Origin: Candidatus Aenigmatarchaeota archaeon
GTDB lineage: Archaea; Aenigmatarchaeota; Aenigmatarchaeia; Aenigmatarchaeales; JACQIB01
Assembly (NCBI GenBank): GCA_038999215.1
Contig: JAWABM010000004.1
Coordinates: 1-40,476, forward strand
Direction of reading: 5' to 3'
DNA: 40,476 bases
A model generated the notes under the pieces. It saw only the letters and a list, made by a program, of their open reading frames with translations, ran no database searches and was not told the DNA's origin. Positions 27,378 to 35,749 of the stretch are shown here, one piece after another. The position numbers were made by a program, and so were the translations under genes. Numbering within the stretch: position 1 is the first letter of the stretch; each line of letters begins with the position of its first letter.

Positions 27378-29075
27378 CTACCGCTTCTTCGCTGACTTCT
27401 GCATCTCGTAAATGTGCTTCATCCTGTTTAGGTCATCCGCCTCCTCAGGCGACTTGTCGTCCCTGAGCCTGACGAAGCGCGGGAAGCGGAGCGCGAACCC
27501 GGATTCGTAGGTCGGAGAGCGCTGTATCTCCTGATAGGAGACCTCTATTACCACCTTGGGCTTTATCCTGATGCTGCTGCCCTTCTCAGACTCTATCAGC
27601 GGCTTGAGAAGCTTGGTCATCTGCCCGAAGCTCGCGCCTTCGCCCTCCTTCTCCTTTATTCCAGTGCCCAGCATGCCGCATTCAAGGAAATTACCTGTTT
27701 TCGGATCGCGAACCCCGAGTATCAGCGAACCTATCCAGCCGGTGCGCTTGCCGGTGCCCCATGTCCCGCCTATGATAACAAGATCGAGGTTCTCAAGCAC
27801 AGGCTTGACCTTTAGCCAGCCGCCCGCGACCCTGCGGCCGAAGATGTATTTCGAGTCAAGGTTCTTGACCATGACGCCTTCCTGGCCGTCGGCGAGCGAC
27901 TCCTTGTAGAATCTTTCGGCCTCCTTTAGGTCCTTTGTTATGAGCTGCTCGGCAAACTGAAACTTGCCCTTTATTGGAACGACCGTCTTTTCAAGCAGCT
28001 CGCGCCTGCGGGAGAACTTCTCGTCAACGACCGGCTTGCCGTTGAGATATATTATGTCGAACAGATTGACCTGAACAGGTATCTCCCTGACCATCTCCTC
28101 TATGCCGTATTTCCTTTTTATCCTCTGCGAAAGCCTTTGGAAAGGCATGGGCCTCTTGGTCTTCGGGTCTATTGCAAGACACTCTCCCTCGACAATGCAG
28201 CTGTCAGCATGAATGGCCTTCCTGGAATACTCTACCACCTCGGGAAACTGCTTGGTGACGTTCTCCTGGCGGCGCGTGAAGAGCCACACGTGATTTCCCT
28301 TCTTCTGTATCTGGAGGCGCAAGCCGTCGTACTTCTTTTCAAGCGCGACATGCTCGAAGCTTTCAATAGCTTCCTTGAGGCTCGGCGCCTTCTCGCCCAG
28401 GAGCACGGCGATCGGCTTGCTTATCTCTATCTCCACCTCGCGCAGCCCTTTATCATGCGCCTTCCTTGCTATCTTGGCGACCTCACCGTAATCCTGCTTC
28501 AGGAACCATGCCTGCTCCACGAGCTTGGCGTCGACCTTGAAGGCCTTGGCTATGGCATCCCTTATCAGGCCCTCAGCGACCCCGACGCGGAGCTCCTCGA
28601 GAACCGTGCGCACTATGTATCTGGCCTCCTTCGGTGATGCCGAAACGAGCAGATGCGATATCAGGCCGAGCTTCCTTTCCTGCGAGCCCGGACCCTCCTC
28701 TTTGGACATCCTCTGTATGCCATCGAAGACCTCATCCACCGTGAGCGCGTGCTTCTTCAGCACCATCTGCTTCCTTTTCTTGAGCATGTTTTCGGCTGTT
28801 GCGCCGAGGTCTCCGCTCTTCTTGAAGTCCTCCTCAACATCCTTCTCCGCCCTGCCAGCCGACTTGGCTATCGCCCTTATCATGAGCTGGTTAGCCACGC
28901 CGACAACCTCCTCCGACCAGCTCGGGTACACCCTTCCGTTCAGGAGAAGGACGACCTTGGAGAGAAGCTCGGGCGGGGTCTTCTCCAGAATCTCGGCTAT
29001 TATGGAAGTCTTCTCGAGCTTCTTCGTGGTGGTCAGAAGCTCGTCATAGACATCGGCAAGCTCGGCATAACGCAT
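27378..29075 (-). CDS. lig: ATP-dependent DNA ligase
   Basis: EKKYDGLR (adenylated Lys), IVEGE, LFDIIY, EGVMVK, WLKVK, ALRFPRF.RLRDDK. Confidence 0.97.
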   Translation of the reverse strand: MRYAELADVYDELLTTTKKLEKTSIIAEILEKTPPELLSKVVLLLNGRVYPSWSEEVVGVANQLMIRAIAKSAGRAEKDVEEDFKKSGDLGATAENMLKKRKQMVLKKHALTVDEVFDGIQRMSKEEGPGSQERKLGLISHLLVSASPKEARYIVRTVLEELRVGVAEGLIRDAIAKAFKVDAKLVEQAWFLKQDYGEVAKIARKAHDKGLREVEIEISKPIAVLLGEKAPSLKEAIESFEHVALEKKYDGLRLQIQKKGNHVWLFTRRQENVTKQFPEVVEYSRKAIHADSCIVEGECLAIDPKTKRPMPFQRLSQRIKRKYGIEEMVREIPVQVNLFDIIYLNGKPVVDEKFSRRRELLEKTVVPIKGKFQFAEQLITKDLKEAERFYKESLADGQEGVMVKNLDSKYIFGRRVAGGWLKVKPVLENLDLVIIGGTWGTGKRTGWIGSLILGVRDPKTGNFLECGMLGTGIKEKEGEGASFGQMTKLLKPLIESEKGSSIRIKPKVVIEVSYQEIQRSPTYESGFALRFPRFVRLRDDKSPEEADDLNRMKHIYEMQKSAKKR

Positions 29076-29135
29076 AAACTATTATTCGGACGCCCTAATA
29101 AAAAGTTATTTAAGCCTGGCGCGCGATAATTGTTT

Positions 29136-29786
29136 ATGCCGTTCAGGACTTTGGCCAAGTTTCCGATGAGGAAGAAAAAGGTGGAGCTAGGCAAGGGTAG
29201 AACGACAACCTGGGATGTGGTCTTCGAGAACATCAAGTCAAGGGTGTCGGTCAGAAGCTACAAGAAGGCCGATGTTCCGGACGACATGATAGAGGACATT
29301 CTCATCGCGGCGTCATACGCGCCATCGGCAGGAAACCATCAGCCCTGGGAGTTCGTGGTCGTCAAGGACGAAAAGATAAGGCAGCAGATTACGCATTCTG
29401 CGTTTGATCAAGGATGGATGATGAGCGCTCCCGTCTTCATCGTAGCCTGCATAAACATGAGGATAGCGAAGGCGTCCTACGGCGAAAGGGGGGAGAAGCT
29501 GTTCTGCATACAAGACGTAGCGAACGCCACGGAAAATCTTCTGCTGGCCGCGAACGCTTTGGGGCTCGGGACCTGCTGGGTAGGGAGCTTCAGCGAACCT
29601 ATGGTATCGCTTGCGATAAAGTGCCCGGACTACGTGAGGCCCTGCGCGATAATAACCGTCGGATGGCCGGCCGAAGTGCCGGAAGCTCAGCCGCGGCACA
29701 CGCTCCACGAATTCGTGCACGAGGAGATATTCGGCGAAACCGAAAGGGAGAAGGCAATCAGGGGCAGGAAAATACCCCATTATTAG
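29136..29786 (+). CDS. Nitroreductase family protein
   Basis: RVSVRSY, APSAGNHQPWEF, ENLLLAANALGLGTCWVG; exact start uncertain. Confidence 0.93.
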   Translation: MPFRTLAKFPMRKKKVELGKGRTTTWDVVFENIKSRVSVRSYKKADVPDDMIEDILIAASYAPSAGNHQPWEFVVVKDEKIRQQITHSAFDQGWMMSAPVFIVACINMRIAKASYGERGEKLFCIQDVANATENLLLAANALGLGTCWVGSFSEPMVSLAIKCPDYVRPCAIITVGWPAEVPEAQPRHTLHEFVHEEIFGETEREKAIRGRKIPHY

Positions 29787-29837
29787 CGGCTCACGCTCTT
29801 TTTGGGCTTTAAATCTTTTTCTTTCGTATAATAACTC

Positions 29838-32414
29838 ATGGGGGACCGATTGGCGCTGGAAACGCCCGCGGACATAAGATCAAAAATCTCGGAGCTCAGC
29901 AGAAAACTGGCGGACGTGGACGAAAGACTGTCGGAAGTTTACAGGGAAGGCGCGGGCTCCGCGCTCTTCGAGCTGAAAGCCACCGAAAAGCTTAGGAAGG
30001 AGATGAAGAAATCCCTCCTGGACCTGAAGGAGAAGCTGGATAGAATCGATTATTCGAAGGGCGACAGGGAAACTCTGCAGAAGGTGCAGAAGTCGGTAGA
30101 ACGCTTGGATAGAAAACTCAGCGGACTGGACGGATCGAAGAAATGGATGGAAAGTGCCATCAAGGATGTGGGCGAGGCGAAAGCCGACGTGGAGTCGATG
30201 CTGAAGGGCCTCAGGAAGGAATTTGATTCCGATTCTCAGGAATTCAAGCTGATGAACAAGAAGCTCCGCTCCGCTGTCGACGAGATTGAAAGGAAAATAC
30301 GCGGAATGGAGAGGTTTCCGAAGGAAATGGAGCAGATGCTGGAGAAGCAGGATTACAACTTCAGGGAGAAGATCGAATTCATAAACTCCGCCGTAAACGG
30401 CCTCAACAAGAAGCTGTTCGACGCAGCCGCCGACTTCGACAACAAGTTCGCCCGCAAGGAAGAGATAGAAAATATGGGAAAGAACCTGAACGATGTCAAG
30501 GAATGCATAGGCAGCCTCGGCAAGAACCTGGAAATAACCAAGGCTCTCGCGGAGGAGGTGAGGGAAAACAAGGCCAGGCTCGAGGAGGCAAGCAATGCCA
30601 TCAAGGCGCTAGCGAACTGGAGCGCCTCCGTCGAAGGCAACATAAGCGGGGCCATAAAAGGGATAGAAAACAACCAGGAGATGGTGGCCAAGCTCGTCAA
30701 CCGGATCGAACAAATAAAGCCGACTGACCAGAAGGAAATCGACAGGCTGGCTGACAAGATAAGGGACATCGATTCAAAATTGTCCGGAATAAGGATACCG
30801 GACAACTCCGATGAAATAAAGGAGCTCGAAAAGAAGCTCGCGGGCCTCGAGGGCAGGCTCGCTGCCGCGCCCCGCGACAATACGGAGGAGCTCGAGGGCA
30901 TAAGGAAGAAGCTCAGGGAGGTTGAGAACCTGTTCTTCTCGTTCTCGGTGCCGAACCATACCGAGGACATAACGATACTGAAGCAGAAGGTGAGGGGGCT
31001 GGAAACCGCCGTCTCGTCTCTGCCCGACAGCTCCGACAGCTTATATGACATTGAAAGGAAGATAGGCGGGATAGAGAAGGCGCTGAAATCGCTGGAGGAA
31101 TCCGCTTCGGCCAAGCTTGACGGGCTGAAGAAGGAGACCGGCGATGCCGCAAAATCGCTGAGGCAGGAAATGGACATAAACAAGGAGGTGCTCAAGAACT
31201 TCCACACAAGGCTCTCGCAGAGCGAGGTCGGGATGGTCAGGGCCGAAGAGGCGCTCAGGAACATAGAGGCGCTTGTGAGCAGGATAGAGAGCGGACTCAA
31301 CAACAGGAGCGGCATAGACGGGCTCAGGCAGGAGCTCGACAGGAAGATCGGCGAGATAGAGGACAGGCTGGCAGAACTCTCAAATACGGCAAGGCTGGAC
31401 GAGCTCGAGAAGAAGTTCGACGAGCTGGACGGGATACCGGACCTTCCGGACGACCTCGTAAGAAGGCCGGAACTCGACGAGCTGGAGATGAGGTCCAAAT
31501 GGGAGACAGCGAAGCAGATAGAGGAGCGCGTCGCCGATGAGAAGATGAGGCTGGAAAGGCAGATAGACGCGCTCAGGAGCAGGGCGGACGAGCTGTCTGC
31601 CAGAATGGACTTCTCGGCCGCAACGGAGCCGCTGGCAAGAAAGGTGGACGAGGTCAAGGAGAAGATGCAGGCGGAGATAGCGGGCTTCAAGGACAGCCTC
31701 TCGATACTCGAGAGCAGGAACCAGGTGATGTTTGCGGAGCTGAAAAAGCTCTCCGAGAAGGCAGACGGCACGGAGAGGATCAATTCGCTGCAAAACAGGA
31801 TGGAGAACGTGGAGTTCGGGAAGAGCTTACTGGAGAAGAAGGTGGCGGAGCTTGCGGACAGGATGGCCAAGAAGGCGGACAACGACAACGTGTCATCCTT
31901 CGTGGACGGAAAAATCAAGGAAATCGAAGCCAAGATACCCTCGGACTTTGTGACAAAGAAGGACGTGGAGGTCGCAATGGCCGAGATGGCCAGCAGCATG
32001 AGCCACTCCGGCCACTTCGAGGACATAGAGAAGAGGCTAGGGGCGGTCGAAAAGAGCGTGGCCGAACTGTCGATGCTAGGGCCCTCCTTGGACAGCCTCA
32101 GGGCGACCGTGAGCAGCTTGAGCAAGCATGTTGCTGAAATGCCAAAGAATTTAACCTTTGGAGACGAAATCCAACCTGTGAAGGACGGGCTGCTGCAGCT
32201 CGGCGAGATACAGGGCCAGATAGCCGGCCTACAGCGGGAGCTGGCGGGGCTGAAAGGCAGGATGAGCGATGCGGATGCGCACGCGAGGATAGACAGCATC
32301 GAGGAGCAGCTTTCCGGCATCAAGGCGGGCGAAAGCGAGCCGCTGAGGGACATAATAAAGGCGCTCGACGACAAGCTGTACAGGGCGCTGAAAAGAAATT
32401 ACGATTCGGGGTGA
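29838..32414 (+). CDS. Long coiled-coil protein (858 aa), no ATPase or TM motifs
   Basis: Heptad-like E/K/L/I pattern throughout, with Pro-punctuated segments. Confidence 0.85.
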   Translation: MGDRLALETPADIRSKISELSRKLADVDERLSEVYREGAGSALFELKATEKLRKEMKKSLLDLKEKLDRIDYSKGDRETLQKVQKSVERLDRKLSGLDGSKKWMESAIKDVGEAKADVESMLKGLRKEFDSDSQEFKLMNKKLRSAVDEIERKIRGMERFPKEMEQMLEKQDYNFREKIEFINSAVNGLNKKLFDAAADFDNKFARKEEIENMGKNLNDVKECIGSLGKNLEITKALAEEVRENKARLEEASNAIKALANWSASVEGNISGAIKGIENNQEMVAKLVNRIEQIKPTDQKEIDRLADKIRDIDSKLSGIRIPDNSDEIKELEKKLAGLEGRLAAAPRDNTEELEGIRKKLREVENLFFSFSVPNHTEDITILKQKVRGLETAVSSLPDSSDSLYDIERKIGGIEKALKSLEESASAKLDGLKKETGDAAKSLRQEMDINKEVLKNFHTRLSQSEVGMVRAEEALRNIEALVSRIESGLNNRSGIDGLRQELDRKIGEIEDRLAELSNTARLDELEKKFDELDGIPDLPDDLVRRPELDELEMRSKWETAKQIEERVADEKMRLERQIDALRSRADELSARMDFSAATEPLARKVDEVKEKMQAEIAGFKDSLSILESRNQVMFAELKKLSEKADGTERINSLQNRMENVEFGKSLLEKKVAELADRMAKKADNDNVSSFVDGKIKEIEAKIPSDFVTKKDVEVAMAEMASSMSHSGHFEDIEKRLGAVEKSVAELSMLGPSLDSLRATVSSLSKHVAEMPKNLTFGDEIQPVKDGLLQLGEIQGQIAGLQRELAGLKGRMSDADAHARIDSIEEQLSGIKAGESEPLRDIIKALDDKLYRALKRNYDSG

Positions 32415-32419
32415 GATGA

Positions 32420-33004
32420 GTGGACATGCTCATTCAAATCATGTCGCTGATGTCCCTGCTCATAGGGATATTCATCGGCGAGATGGTGACGCTCAGGGCG
32501 TTCGGCAAGCCAAAACCGAAGGCCATGATAGCCGACATGTTCATATTCGTCGTCGTGCTGGTGATAATGTTTAACTTCATCTCCTTCACAACGCTCGGCT
32601 ACCTCTACTATCTTGTCAACTTCGTGGTCGGCGTGCTGTCCATAGTGATGGTCAGGGGCATAGAGACCGGGATAAAACTGACGGAGCGGCCGAAGGAAGG
32701 GGACAAGATAGCGGTCAACATAGTGCGCTCGCTCAGCAGGTACGGCCTGGACGACAACGAGATAAAGGGCGTGCTGAAGCGCTCTGGCATCTCGCCCAAG
32801 ACAGTGGACCAGTTGCAGGACCTAATCGAAAAGAACGTGCCGCACTACGTGCCAAAACTTGTGAAGATAGAGTCCGACCTCGAAGAGATAAAGGCCGGCA
32901 TAGCCCAGATAGGCGCCGACCTGACCAAGCTCAGGATGAACGAGCTCGTCCATCTGAAGAAGGACATCGCGCGCATGAAGGGCAGGAAGAAAAGAAAGAA
33001 GTAA
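32420..33004 (+). CDS. Hypothetical membrane protein (3 TM + cytoplasmic helical/coiled-coil tail)
   Basis: Three hydrophobic N-terminal helices, then IVRSLSRYGLDDNEIKGVL and a short coiled coil; GTG 32420 or ATG 32426. Confidence 0.8.
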   Translation: MDMLIQIMSLMSLLIGIFIGEMVTLRAFGKPKPKAMIADMFIFVVVLVIMFNFISFTTLGYLYYLVNFVVGVLSIVMVRGIETGIKLTERPKEGDKIAVNIVRSLSRYGLDDNEIKGVLKRSGISPKTVDQLQDLIEKNVPHYVPKLVKIESDLEEIKAGIAQIGADLTKLRMNELVHLKKDIARMKGRKKRKK

Positions 33005-33442
33005 TCAGCCTATTGCCTTGTCCCTTTTGTTAAGACCCCTCACCTTTTCTTCATACTCATCCATTATCTTCTTATACTCATGCTCGACTTCTTCGACGGA
33101 TTGAAACCCAACAATGTCCTCGTATATCTGGTTGAATTCCAGCAGAATCTTGGGCACGATTATATTGAACTTTTTAATCAGATTATCCATGTTGATTTTC
33201 TTGCCCATCAGCTTGGACGCTTGATAGATAGAGACTAATCTTACAACATAATCCGGAACTTCAGGCAGTTCTTTTTTTTCAACGATCTGCATCAAAACAG
33301 TGAAAAAATCTTTAATGAATTCTTTTGTCTTTCCTCTTATTCGCAATTCTTCACAATCAAGTTCAACAATTCTCCTATGACTTATAAAAATAGGTGTTCT
33401 CCTTACAAGCGATGCACCCTTGAACGCCCCCTTTTTTTCCAT
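33005..33442 (-). CDS. AT-rich hypothetical protein, candidate immunity or orphan module
   Basis: ATG 33442 lies 24 nt after CTTAAA; directly downstream of the toxin-like gene and shares its low GC. Confidence 0.7.
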   Translation of the reverse strand: MEKKGAFKGASLVRRTPIFISHRRIVELDCEELRIRGKTKEFIKDFFTVLMQIVEKKELPEVPDYVVRLVSIYQASKLMGKKINMDNLIKKFNIIVPKILLEFNQIYEDIVGFQSVEEVEHEYKKIMDEYEEKVRGLNKRDKAIG

Positions 33443-33478
33443 ATAGAATATGAAATTTAGAACATATTTAAGCATTTT

Positions 33479-35626
33479 TTACGGAAGCTCTATTTCCCTG
33501 TTAGCTTTAATCGTTATCCTGTCCATTTTAGTTGCGAAATCGACAAAATCTGTATTTGTTACCTTGTTATTTCCCATTAGAGGAAGGATTTTCTGCGATT
33601 CTTCCGCATATCCGTTTCCTATAACCTCCACTTTCTTCAATAATTCATCTTTCTTTGTCAAATCGTCCAATTTAGAAAGAAGATCATCGGTGTTTACACC
33701 GTGATTTTTTAGTGCAGCATAATCCTTTGCCAAAATTTTGACATCAGGTTCTATCACTTTATTTTCTATCATTTTCAAGTGCGAATTCGCCAATGAAACG
33801 GCATCGTTTTTGCTCAATCTGGAATCAACCAAAAGATCTTCGGCGATCCTAATCATATCATCAGCCTCAGCTTCGGTCATCCCCGTATTTTTAATCAGAT
33901 TTTTAGAAATAAAGTCTTTATTATAACCGTACATGAATGTCTTGTCGTCAATCAGATGTTGGGCCTCATGTCTGATAAGCGCGTTTGGATTGTGAAACTT
34001 GAGCAAATTGGAATTCATTTCAACTTCCTTCGTGACAGCATCAACCCTTGCAGGCGTAAGGGCATCATCGCCCGTGAATTCTTTCACTATAACCTTTTTG
34101 ACCCCACCATCCTCAATTTTTCCGATTGTTATCGCGTCATTGTCTATGCTCTTCAGCGCGTTTATCGAGGTCTGCGGATTGGTGACCTTGCCCTCGACTG
34201 TGGCGGTTATCTTCAGCCTGGAGAGGTCCTCGATCTGGGCCTTGCTGAGGCTCTTCTCCATCAGCACGACCTCTTCGGCGTGGAACTTGTTCATGACAGT
34301 GGCGGAATAGGGCTTTATCTTGCCCGTCTCCAGCGCAACCACCCTTTCGACTTCGCTTGTCTTCAGGCCCATGTTCTCCAGCTCCGCGACCCTCTGCACC
34401 CCGCCGTCGGTCTTTATCGCCATCCTTATGACATCGTCGCTATAGCCCCGGGACTTGAGGAGCGTTGCGCCCAGCTCGACGCCGCCGCTGCTGCTCTTGG
34501 CGAGCATCGTGGCGACCGGCCTGAGCACCGCGCCGGCTCCGTAGCCTGCCGCTGTAAGCGCGACCATCGGCCCCTTGTCCGCTATAACCATTTGAGCAGC
34601 ATCCCAGCCGCCTTCCTGATAGGCCGTGCCGACGTCGGACGCGAACACCGTGCCCAAGGCGACATCGGACGCGATGAACAGGCCTGTGCCTATGCTGCCC
34701 AGGGTAGCGCCAGCAGAGCTCGCGCCTATTGCGCCGAGGCCTATAGTGCCTGCAGCTGCGAAGTCGGCCAAGAGGCCCACGCCCGTGAACGCCAATGCGA
34801 CCATGCCGACAATTGCAATTGTCTCGTACGGATGCTTCGCCACCCAGTTGCCCACCGCGCAGGCGCCGTTCCAAACAGCTTTCCCTGCTGCTGCGGCACC
34901 GTTCAGAATGGCATTACCGACCTTCATCTGCATGTCAATCGCCTTCTTGCCGATGTCAAGGACAGCCGAACCGACCTGCTTGGCGACCTGTATGCCTGAG
35001 GAAACAACCTTTGATATGGCATTGCCTACCGAAGAGGCCGCCTTGGAAACGGCATTGGCAGCTGCAGAGACCACCTTAGAAGCGGCATTAGCGGCCGTAG
35101 ACGCGGCCGAGAAAACGCCTTTGGCGACGGTTTTTGCGGCATTTACTGCCGCACCTGCAACACTCTCCGCCGTATTGACGATAGCGTTGACAGCCGAGGA
35201 GACCGCAGACGAGACGGTCCTTGCAATGGAAGAGACTGCGCTCGATACGGCCGAGACAGCTGACGACACCACGCTCGTGACCGTCTTGACAGCCGAGGAG
35301 ACCGCGCTGGACACCGTGCTTATCGCGCTCCCGGCGGCATTCATTATCGCGGAAAAAAACTTATGGTAGGTCTTCTGTTCGCCTTGGGCATACATCTGCT
35401 TGAGCTCGTTCCAGCTGACCTTCGTAAGGTATTTCTTTCCGGCATAGGCGAAAACTACAGGAATTCCGATAGCCGCAGCGATTTCCGCGGGGACAACGAG
35501 CTCATGGGTGCCGCTGCCCCCCTCGCCCTCGAACGGCAGCGCCAGTGTGGCACAGCCGAAGAAAAGAACGAAGGATAAGCCTGACAGTAATACCCTCGCA
35601 TACAGAACCTGTGCGCCCCCCACCAT
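33479..35626 (-). CDS. Polymorphic-toxin-like membrane protein with C-terminal HExxH (zincin-like) domain
   Basis: Hydrophobic N-terminus, Ser/Ala/Val amphipathic repeats, GNWVAKHP + Gly/Ala-rich hydrophobic segment, AT-rich C-terminus with LIRHEAQH...AEDLLVD. Start uncertain (35626 or 35674). Confidence 0.7.
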   Translation of the reverse strand: MVGGAQVLYARVLLSGLSFVLFFGCATLALPFEGEGGSGTHELVVPAEIAAAIGIPVVFAYAGKKYLTKVSWNELKQMYAQGEQKTYHKFFSAIMNAAGSAISTVSSAVSSAVKTVTSVVSSAVSAVSSAVSSIARTVSSAVSSAVNAIVNTAESVAGAAVNAAKTVAKGVFSAASTAANAASKVVSAAANAVSKAASSVGNAISKVVSSGIQVAKQVGSAVLDIGKKAIDMQMKVGNAILNGAAAAGKAVWNGACAVGNWVAKHPYETIAIVGMVALAFTGVGLLADFAAAGTIGLGAIGASSAGATLGSIGTGLFIASDVALGTVFASDVGTAYQEGGWDAAQMVIADKGPMVALTAAGYGAGAVLRPVATMLAKSSSGGVELGATLLKSRGYSDDVIRMAIKTDGGVQRVAELENMGLKTSEVERVVALETGKIKPYSATVMNKFHAEEVVLMEKSLSKAQIEDLSRLKITATVEGKVTNPQTSINALKSIDNDAITIGKIEDGGVKKVIVKEFTGDDALTPARVDAVTKEVEMNSNLLKFHNPNALIRHEAQHLIDDKTFMYGYNKDFISKNLIKNTGMTEAEADDMIRIAEDLLVDSRLSKNDAVSLANSHLKMIENKVIEPDVKILAKDYAALKNHGVNTDDLLSKLDDLTKKDELLKKVEVIGNGYAEESQKILPLMGNNKVTNTDFVDFATKMDRITIKANREIELP
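35020..35335 (-). repeat. Low-complexity amphipathic VSSAVS/AANAVS repeats (about 11-aa period)
   Basis: ISTVSSAVSSAVKTVTSVVSSAVSAVSSAVSSIARTVSSAVSSAVNAI...AANAASKVVSAAANAVSKAASSVGNA. Confidence 0.75.
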
Positions 35627-35749
35627 GACACCTGAATGTATTTGACTTCGGCAGAATAAAAGGAATTCCATCATATTTCGTCAGGCGCCGTATAACAAGC
35701 TTACAAATCGAGAATATAAAGTTTACCTTCCATATTCTTTCAGATAAAA

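Noticed and set aside
30353..32374. 673-aa antisense ORF
   Set aside because: Ser/Leu/Phe-rich mirror of the GAG/AAG-rich coiled-coil gene; a shadow caused by codon bias.
29838..32414. SMC/Rad50 ATPase
   Set aside because: No Walker A/B, signature motif or zinc hook.
35020..35335. Phage tape-measure gene or DGR/CRISPR-like DNA repeat
   Set aside because: Repeats are degenerate and protein-level; there are no phage structural genes, reverse transcriptase, cas genes or spacer-separated identical repeats in the window.
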